The position numbers and the translations under genes were made by a program. This document shows, piece after piece, positions 38,653 to 47,700 of a stretch of 64,000 bases of DNA (the stretch's first letter is position 1; every line of letters begins with the position of its first letter). A model generated the notes under the pieces. The model saw only the letters and a program-made list of their open reading frames with translations. It was not told where the DNA came from and searched no databases. Location: the NCBI GenBank assembly GCA_900767415.1, contig CAAFYZ010000031.1, positions 22,082-86,081 of the forward strand, written 5' to 3'. This DNA comes from Clostridia bacterium (GTDB taxonomy: Bacteria; Bacillota; Clostridia; Oscillospirales; CAG-272).

Positions 38653-39530
38653 ATATGTACAGAATTCTTTACAATCCGCAAGCAGGAAACGGGAAAGGAA
38701 GGGAAGAGACGGAAAAACTGGTCGCGAGAATGGTCGGAGAAAAGACCGAGCTTATCGACATGACGACGCTCGGAAGTTACGCGGACTTCTTTGCCGCGTG
38801 CGCACCCGACGACAGGATTCTGATTACCGGCGGGGACGGGACGCTGAACCGCTTTCTCAACGATACGGCAGGGCTGACGTATCGGAATCCGATTTATTAT
38901 TACCCCGTCGGGAGCGGCAACGATTTTTGGCGCGACATCGCCGCGCCGGGGACGGATACGCCCCTTTGCATCGACCGCTATCTCGTCAATCTTCCGACGG
39001 TGGAGGTAAACGGGAAGATCTACCGCGTTCTGAACGGGGTCGGCTACGGGATCGACGGATACTGCTGTGAGGTGGGCGACCGCCTGCGTGCCTCGTCGGA
39101 CAAACCCGTGAATTACGCCGCCATCGCCATCAAGGGACTTCTCTTCCATTTTCACCCCGTCAATGCAAAAATCACGGTGGACGGCGTCGAGCACGAATTT
39201 TGCAAGGTGTGGCTTGCTCCGACGATGAACGGACATTATTACGGCGGCGGCATGATGCCGACCCCGGCGCAGGATCGTCTCGGAGAAGAGCATACGATTT
39301 CCACCATGGTCATGCACGGAACGGGAAAACTCCGCACCCTCGTTATTTTCCCTTCGCTTTTCAAGGGCGAACACATCCGGCATAAAAACGCGGTGGAAGT
39401 CATGACGGGCAAGGACATCACCGTTTCCTTCGACCGTCCGACGGCGTTGCAGATCGACGGCGAGACGATTCTCGGCGTTACGAGCTGCCGTATCCGCGCC
39501 GCGGCGAAAGTTCCGTCGTCCGTCCTTTGA
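38649..39530 (+). CDS. Diacylglycerol-kinase-family lipid kinase (DagK/YegS-like)
   Basis: ILYNPQAGNGKG...ILITGGDGTLNRFLN. The GTG start at 38649 lies 7 nt after GGAGG and overlaps the upstream stop (GTGA). Confidence 0.88.
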   Translation: MNMYRILYNPQAGNGKGREETEKLVARMVGEKTELIDMTTLGSYADFFAACAPDDRILITGGDGTLNRFLNDTAGLTYRNPIYYYPVGSGNDFWRDIAAPGTDTPLCIDRYLVNLPTVEVNGKIYRVLNGVGYGIDGYCCEVGDRLRASSDKPVNYAAIAIKGLLFHFHPVNAKITVDGVEHEFCKVWLAPTMNGHYYGGGMMPTPAQDRLGEEHTISTMVMHGTGKLRTLVIFPSLFKGEHIRHKNAVEVMTGKDITVSFDRPTALQIDGETILGVTSCRIRAAAKVPSSVL

Positions 39531-39771
39531 TTTTTTATCGTCGCATACGCATCGGTTTTTCGCAGAGCGGAGGGGCGGAAGAGCCGATGCTTTTTTCAAA
39601 AGAGCGGCACGACGGCGACAAAAAAACGAAAAATAGTAAATAATAGTTTTCATAATGTGCGCTTTTTACGAAAAACGAGAGAAAACCGCCGATAAAACGT
39701 GCACGCATTTTCATTCGGTCTTTGCCATAAAATCTCTGCGCGTGCTTTACAGGAAATTTTTCCTTCTCCCC

Positions 39772-39800
39772 TTGATTTTTGACAAAAAATCCGCTATAAT
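39772..39800 (+). promoter_or_regulatory. Sigma-A-type promoter for the guaA-like gene
   Basis: TTGATT (39772-39777), 17-nt spacer, TATAAT (39795-39800). Confidence 0.55.
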
Positions 39801-39840
39801 AAAAAAGTAAAACACAAAATACAGGAAAGCAGGGAAAACG

Positions 39841-40821
39841 ATGGAAAACAATACTCGTCCCGCCGATATGGCGAGAATCAACACGAAAGAACTTGCCGAG
39901 GCATTTATCGAAGAACAGATCCGCGCCATTCGCGAGCAGGTAAAAGACGGGAAGGTCCTTCTCGCTCTTTCGGGCGGTGTGGACTCTTCGGTCGTCGCCG
40001 CACTCCTTGTCCGCGCGATCGGGAAGAATCTCATCTGCGTACACGTCAATCACGGACTCCTCCGCAAGGGAGAGCCGGAGCAGGTTATTGAGGTCTTCCG
40101 TCATCAGATGGACGCGAACCTCGTCTACGTCGATGCCACCGACCGCTTCCTCGATAAGCTCGCCGGCGTTACCGATCCCGAAGAAAAGCGTAAGATCATC
40201 GGCAAGGAATTTATCGAAGTCTTCGCCGAAGAGGCGAAGAAGCAGAACGGCATCCGCTTCCTCGCACAGGGCACCATCTATCCCGACATTCTCGAGAGCC
40301 ACGGGGTCAAAGCACATCACAACGTCGGCGGCTTGCCGAAAGAGCTGAACTTCGAGCTGGTCGAGCCGGTAAAACTCCTTTATAAAGATGAAGTCCGCAT
40401 GGTCGGACACACCCTCGGTCTTCCCGATACGATGGTTTACCGTCAGCCGTTCCCGGGTCCCGGGCTCGGTGTCCGTTGCACCGGTGCGATCACCCGCGAC
40501 CGTCTGGAAGTCGTCCGCGAGTCGGACGCCATCCTGCGGGAAGAGTTCGCCGCCGCGGGACTTGCCGGAAAGGTATGGCAGTACTTCACCGTCGTTCCCG
40601 ATTTCCGCTCCACGGGGATCAAGGACGGCAAGCGCACGTGGGAACTTCCCGTCGTGATCCGTGCCGTCAACTCGGTCGATGCCACGAGTGCCACGATCGA
40701 GGAGATTCCCTACGCTCTTCTGCATCGCATCACCGACCGTATTCTTTCGGAGGTGAAAGGGGTCAATCGCGTTCTCTACGACCTCTCGCCGAAACCCGTT
40801 GCCACCATTGAGTGGGAATGA
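39841..40821 (+). CDS. guaA: GMP synthase ATP-pyrophosphatase/dimerisation part only (no glutamine amidotransferase domain)
   Basis: PP-loop LALSGGVDSSV, ...GTIYPDILES..., and the canonical C-terminal KPVATIEWE. The protein is 326 aa and begins at the usual GATase/PPase boundary. Confidence 0.9.
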   Translation: MENNTRPADMARINTKELAEAFIEEQIRAIREQVKDGKVLLALSGGVDSSVVAALLVRAIGKNLICVHVNHGLLRKGEPEQVIEVFRHQMDANLVYVDATDRFLDKLAGVTDPEEKRKIIGKEFIEVFAEEAKKQNGIRFLAQGTIYPDILESHGVKAHHNVGGLPKELNFELVEPVKLLYKDEVRMVGHTLGLPDTMVYRQPFPGPGLGVRCTGAITRDRLEVVRESDAILREEFAAAGLAGKVWQYFTVVPDFRSTGIKDGKRTWELPVVIRAVNSVDATSATIEEIPYALLHRITDRILSEVKGVNRVLYDLSPKPVATIEWE

Positions 40822-40828
40822 TGTACCG

Positions 40829-40857
40829 AAAAGGTGCCGCGCCGCGGCACCTTTTTC
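40829..40857 (+). terminator. Terminator after guaA
   Basis: AAAAGGTGCCGC-GCC-GCGGCACCTTTTTCTT. Confidence 0.85.
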
Positions 40858-41495
40858 TTATCTTTTTCCGCGCGGCGCGCCTTTTTTGAAGACGCGGTTT
40901 TTTTCGGGGCGGACGGCAGAGTATATATTTATATATGTAGAACTTTTCCGCTCTCCCGACGCATTTTTGCATCGGGAAAAGGTGGTTTTTGTGCTGTGCC
41001 TTTGCCGCAGGAGGGCGCGCTTTTTCTTTTTTCTTTTGTATCTCTGTAAAATATAATTTTATCCGACAGAAGCCAAAAAGAAGGAAGAGATGCGATAATC
41101 CCTTCGTTTCGATTTGCCGCGGGAAAGCGAAAAGTTCCTTTTTTAGAATAAGGAAAAAAACAAAAAAAGACAAACGAAGAAAAAAGGTGCAACTTTTTGT
41201 AAATTTTTTGCATTTTTCGCATATTTATGCAAAAATTTCGAAATGCTTTCGTCGATTTGCCATACCTTTCGGCAAAGGGAAGGGCAGATTGCTTTTTTCC
41301 CGAAAACGGCGGGGAAACGGCGCGTTTTCCTCGTGCGCGGCGTATTATTTATATATATTAAGGCGGTTTGCCCCGTTTTCCGACGGGAAACAAGGGTATA
41401 ACTGTTTGTCATACCCGTATCTCGAAATTGGCAAATATGTAAAAATCGGTCGGAAATCGCGCCCGAAAAACAGAAAAATATGTAAAGTATGACAA

Positions 41496-41524
41496 TTGAC
41501 AAGAAAATGTTAGAGTGTTATAAT
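41496..41524 (+). promoter_or_regulatory. Strong sigma-A-type promoter for the giant LRR gene
   Basis: Consensus TTGACA (41496-41501), 17-nt spacer, consensus TATAAT (41519-41524). This leaves a ~260-nt leader before the ATG at 41786. Confidence 0.7.
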
Positions 41525-41785
41525 TATTGCTATAAATGAAAGAGCGGCACGAAGCGGCGGCAAAGAGAGGGCACTCCTCCCCCGGGGATTCTATACATTT
41601 CCCGGGCAGGACGGGGTGCCTGTCGATTTGCCGAGAAAACTTGCCCTCCGGAGGAACGGTGCCCGAAAAAAGTATAGGTTTTCCGACCGCGCCGTTTGAT
41701 CAGCGATTCCACACTCCGTGCAATCCTTCCACCCACCTTTCGTTTTGACCCTGCAATGCCCGAAATTTTTTAGGAGGAAAAGACC

Positions 41786-44700
41786 ATGAGAAAGAAATCA
41801 CTCGGCATCGTTCTTGCGGCGCTCGCACTGATCTGCGCGCTCCTTCTGTCTCTCGCCGGTTGCGGCGACGACAACAAGAATCCGACACCGGACGATCCCA
41901 CCCCGACCCCGTCAGGAGAAGAAGCGGGCGTCTATTACTTCGACGCCGGCGACAGCGGAGAATATCTGCTTACTCTCGGCGGCAACCGACAGTACACTCT
42001 GGCGGTGAAGTCCGACGCGGAGAGCGGCTCCTACACCCTTTCCGACGGCACTCTCACCCTGACGGCAGGGAGCACGACCCGCACGGCGACGCTCGACGGG
42101 AACGTAATTACCCTGACCTATAACGACGCACAGCTGCGCCTTCTGAAGAAGATTTTCTATACCGTGACTTACCATACCGACGGCGGCAGTGCCGTCGCGT
42201 CGGCGTCCGTGCTGAACGGCAAGACGCTGAAGACGCCCGCCGACCCCGCGAAGGACGGCTTTGTCTTCCTCGGCTGGTACACCGACAGCACGCTGAAAAC
42301 GCCCTTTGCTTTCGGCAGTGCGGCAGTCACCGGCGATATGACGCTCTATGCCCGCTTCGCGCCGAAATCGGCGGATGCGAAGGAATATACCGTGCATTAT
42401 GACCTCGGCTACGACGGCGCGACCCTTGCCGATGCGGCAACGGTCGGAGGAAAACTCTATGATGCCGCGACGCCCGCAAGAGACGGCTATACCTTCGTCG
42501 GCTGGTGGCTGAGCGATACGGCAAGCGGACAGAAACTGACGAGCCGCTTCGTCGGTGCGGAAGAAAAAGACGCCACCGTCTTCACCGAAGATACCACCCT
42601 CTATGCCGTATGGCAGAAGGCAGACGCCGCGACCGCGACGCCCGCCGTCAGCGTGAACGGCAAGAACGCGAGCTGGGATTCCGTCGGTGCCGCCGCATAC
42701 CTTGTCACCGTTACCGCGCCCGACGGCACCGTGATCGTGAACGCACAGCGTACGACCGGTACGACCTTCGCCCTGAACCTTCCCGAAGCGGGAGAGTATA
42801 AGATCGAAGTCGTCGCCGTCAACGCCGGCGGTACCGCGATCTCCGACGTCGCGACCCGCTACTATACGCACCTTGCCCTTGCCCGTGTCGGAGACTTCTT
42901 CGTGACGGATTCTTCCGTTCTCGTCTTCCGCGGTGCGGACGGCGCGGAGCATTATTACATCACCGTCGACTGCGGCAACCCCGCGCATACTCATGCCGCT
43001 TTCGATAACGGTACCTCCCTTTGCTACAACTTCTCGGGTTGCGAGATGAAGCGGGGCGGCATCACCTTCACCGTCACCGCGACGGCAAAGGGGCGTGCCT
43101 CCTCCACCGCGACCTTCGCCTACGAGAGACATCTCGACGCCGTGACGAACCTTACGGTAAACGGCGGTGTCCTCTCGTGGGACGCCGTGACTGGTGCGAC
43201 CTATTATCTTGTGAAAATCGGCGACACCGCGACTCTCACCGTCCGCGGGACGGAGCTCTCGCTTCTCTCTCTCGTCGGCGGAGATTACACCGTCTCCGTG
43301 ACCCCCGTTACCTCGGGGTACAATTCTCCCGATGCCGCGACGCTCACCTTTACCAAGGCGACGCCCGCCGTGCCGAAGACCCTTCGTCTTGTCGGTACCC
43401 TCCTTTCGTGGGACGCCGTGACCGGTGCGACCTCGTATGAGGTGAAGTTCGCCGGCGTGACGCTGACCGTTCCGGAAGGGGCGACCTCGGTCGACCTTGC
43501 CGGTGCCGACATCGGATTTGCCGAGGGCGCGGACTATGCCCTCGCGCTGAAAGTCGTCTCCGACGGCGGCAGTGCGGAGAAGTCGGTTACCGTCCGTTAT
43601 CACGAGATGGCCGACGACCTCACCTATGCGGTAGGCAAGCTCACATGGACTCCCGTGCTCGGCGCGGAGACCTACGAAGTACAGGTCGGCGACGGCGAGA
43701 TCCTCACCGTGTCGGACGGCTCTGCGCTTTGCAACCTCGACACCCTTGAAAAAGCAGGGGAGAACACCCTGCGCGTCCGCTTCAAGAGCGGCACCTTCAC
43801 CTCCGAGTGGAAAGAGATCACCGTTACCGCTTACGCCGTCACGCTTGACAGCCGCGGCGGCACCGCAACCGAAACCCTTTATAAGGCGGTCGGTGACCCG
43901 ATGACCCTCCCCGCTCCTGCGAAGGACGGCTATCTCTTCTCCGCATGGTACAATGTGCCGGGCGGCGCGGAGAGCAACGGCAAAAAGTATGCCGATCCGT
44001 ATTTCGCCTCTTCGGGCGAGATCGTCCTCTACGCATACTACACGCCGAAATCCTATACGCTTCATCTCTCCAAGGGAGACGATTCCGATACCACGGCGAC
44101 CGTATATTACGGCAAGAATTATCAGCTGGAAGTTCCCGCGACGGCTTCCGCGACGACCTCCTTCGGCGGCTGGTACAGCGCACCGAACGGCACGGGTATC
44201 GCGTTCACCGATCCCGAGGGCAACTCCCTCTCTCCGTGGGAATACCTTGACGACGACGTTACCCTTTACGCATTCTGGGTCGACAATGTTCTCGCCTTTG
44301 AAAAGATCGGCAGCGGCTATGCCGTCTCCGCCGGACCGAGAATCGACCTTGTCACTTCCGTGACCGTCCCCGCAACCTATCGCGGCGCACCGGTGCTGAC
44401 CGTTGTCAGCGGCGCGTTCGCAAACTGTGACACGATCACCGAGATCCGCCTTCCCGATACCCTGACCGATATTGCCGAAGGTGCCTTCGACGGCTGTGAG
44501 AAACTCGCGGCTCTGTCGGTATACTCCACAGGCGCCGCCTCGTCGAGATATTCGGCGGTGAACGGTGTCCTCTTCGACAGCGGTACGAGCGATGCGAGAC
44601 ACGCTCCCCGTCCCGTGCTGATGCCTGCCGCCATGGGCGGTGTCTACACCGTACCTGCCGGCACCGACGTGATTCCGCGCCGTGCCTTCGCGGGCAGCAA

Positions 44701-47700
44701 ACTGACGAAGATCATCATTCCCACGAGCGTCAGAGAGATTGAAGCGGAAGCGTTTGCGGAATGCAAACTTTTGAACTCCGTCGTCTTCGAGAACGCAGGC
44801 GCCACCTCCGGAGCACCCGCTCTGACGATCGGCGAGCGCGTCTTCTTGAACTGCGACGAGCTTACCTCCATCGTCCTTCCCGCACGACTCGGCAGCATTG
44901 CCCTGGCAAGATATACGATCGTGGAGGGGAACTTCCTCGAAGAAGGCACCCCGAACGCCTTTGAAAAGTGCGACTTCTTTGCCGAAGTCTCGGTGGCAAA
45001 AGGACACAATGCGAAATTCACCTCCGAGGACGGTGTCCTCTTCGGTGATTACGGTACGACCCTTCTGTATTATCCCTGTGCCAAAGCGGCAGAGAATTAT
45101 ACGATTCCCGACGGCGTGGTGAAGATCGCCGAGACCGCATTCAGCGGTTGCGGTTCTCTGAAGGGCGCTCTTACGATCCCGGGTCGCGTCGGTGAGATCG
45201 GCATCGCCGCCTTCAAAGGCGCGAGCGGCATCTCCTCCCTGACCTTCGGCGGCGGACTGACCGCGACCGATGTCACGATCGCCGACTACGCCTTTGACGG
45301 ACATCGGATTATGACCCTCACCTTTGAAGAGGGAAGCATGGTCCGCACGATCGGTGCGTATGCCTTCCGCTTCGGCGGCAGTTACTCCCAGCAGAAAGAG
45401 GAGAAGGTCATCACCCTGCCCGCTTCTCTGAATACCGTCGGCGACGGTGCGTTTGCCGGCTACGGTAAACTTTCCGTTACCTTCGCGGCAGGCGACAATA
45501 CGCTCTCCTGCGGCAACAATGTCTTCTCGGACTGCGAGATCGGTACGCTCTCCCTTCCAAAGAACATGACCGCACTCCCGAACTTCTTCTTCGGTCTCTC
45601 CGTCGAGAACATCGTCGTGGATCCCGCGAACCCCGTGTTCCTGTCGGATAACGGCGTTCTCTACACCAAGAACGGGGAAGGAAAGGCGGACGTCCTCGTC
45701 CTCTATCCCGCGTCGAAGAGCGACGCATCCTTTGAGATCCCGAACACCGTTACCGCGATCGCGAGCGGTGCCTTCCTGGGGGCGCAGTTCTCCTCCGTGA
45801 CGATCCCCTCGTCGGTGACCTCCATCGGTGAGCAGGCGTTCTACTATACGCCGAACCTTACGTCGGTGACGATTCCCGCGTCCGTCACGGACATCGGTGA
45901 AAAAGCGTTCGCCGCTTACAGCCGGTATACCAAACTGACGACCGTTACCTTTGAGGACGGCGATGCGGTGCTGACCATCGGCGCACACGCCTTCGACAAT
46001 CAGAAGAAACTGACCGCGATCATCCTTCCCGCAAGAGCGAAGACGATCGGCGACTACGCCTTCTACAACACGCAGGGCGTTACCACCTTGACTCTCGGCG
46101 GTGTCGAGACGATCGGCGCACATGCCTTCGATTCCTGCTACTATGCCGGTGAGGTGACCTTCCCCGCAACGCTGAAGTCGATCGGTGAAAAAGCGTTCTA
46201 TTGCGGTAGCAAATGGGGAGGCGGTTCCTACTCCAAGATTACGGCATATCGCTTTGCCGAGGGGTCGCAACTCGAGTTCATCGGCGCGAATGCTTTTGAA
46301 AACGGTATCTTCGAGGCATTCACGATCCCCGCATCGGTGAAGACGGTATCCGACGGTGCCTTCTACAATGCGAAGAATCTGGCAACGCTCACCTTTGAAG
46401 ACGGCGATACACCGCTCGTCTTCGGTGCGACGGACGAAGACTCTTTTACAGGCGTTCTTTACGGCACCGCAGTCACCGGACTTTCCTTCCCGTCCCGCCT
46501 TGTCGAGATCGGTCGGGGTGCCTGCGCGTATTCCAAGGTTGCCACCGTCACCTTCGGTGAAAACAGCAAGCTGACTACCATCGGCGCAAGTGCCTTCATG
46601 AGCGCGAAGATTAAGAATGTGACGATCCCCGCCTCGGTGAAGAACACGACGGTGATCGGTATCGGCAACGACGCTTTCAGCGGTTGCCCGCTGGAATCCG
46701 TCACCTTCGCTCCCGGCACGGAACCCCTGACCATCGGTGAAGACGCTTTCTCCGCCTACGGTGTGGAGAACGAAAAGGCGATGACCTCCGTCACGCTCCC
46801 CGCAAGACTCGCGCCCTTCACCGCCGCCGACGGCACGGTGATTCCCGCGCTTGCAAACGGCAGAGACGTCTTCAACTGGCAGCTCGCTTCCTTTACGGTA
46901 GAGAGCGGCAGTACGGTGTACGCCGCCGTTGACGGTGTCCTCTACAATGCCGATAAGACCGAGCTCTTCTTCTGCCCGAGAGCAAAGGAAGGTGCCGTGA
47001 CCATTCCCGCGACGGTCAAGAAGATTGACGCACAGGCATTCTACTCGTGCCAGAGCATCGCATCCGTCACCTTCGCCGACGGTAGCGCCTGCAAGGAGAT
47101 CGGCGATCAGGCATTCTACTGGTGTAAAACCATCACGACCCTCGTGATTCCCGACAGCGTTGCGAAGATCGGAAAAGAGGCGTTCGTCAACTGCCAGGGA
47201 CTGGAATCCCTGACTCTTCCCGCCGCGATGACGTCCTTCGATAAGGACATGATCAAAAACTGCGTCAAACTGACGAACCTTGAGATCGGCGGCAGTGCCA
47301 ACTATCAGATCGTGGGCGGCGTACTGTTCACCGCGGACGGCAAGACGATGATCTTCTATCTCCCCACGCTGACCGCCACGACCTATACGGTTCCCGAAGG
47401 GGTTGAGACCATCGGGGAGCAGGCATTCAACTCGAACACCTCGCTGACCTCCGTCTCGCTTCCCTCGACGCTGAGAGAAATCGGAAAATCGGCATTCAGC
47501 GGTTGCAATGCACTGACCGAAGTGACCTTCGCACCCGGTACGGCACCGCTTGTCATCGGTTACAACTCCTTTGCATACACCAAGATTCCGTCCTTCACGG
47601 TTCCCGCTCGGACGGTATCGATCGAAGGGGCTGCCTTCAACGGCGCCGCCCTTACCGAACTGCACTTCGAGCAGGGAAGCAAACTGGGGTATATCGGCGA

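Noticed and set aside
40858-41502. Small ORFs in the AT-rich region (for example 40929-41222 minus, 41143-41502 minus, 40989-41492 plus).
   Set aside because: They have no RBS, and their Phe/Lys/Arg-rich composition is what AT-rich non-coding DNA gives on translation. They overlap one another in several frames.
41525-41785. Calling the giant-gene leader a c-di-GMP (GEMM-I or GEMM-II) or c-di-AMP riboswitch.
   Set aside because: Only short fragments (GGCAAAG, GGGCACU...GUGCC, CCGACCG) resemble parts of those consensus sequences, and they are not in the right order or spacing. It is reported only as an unclassified structured leader that needs a covariance-model search.
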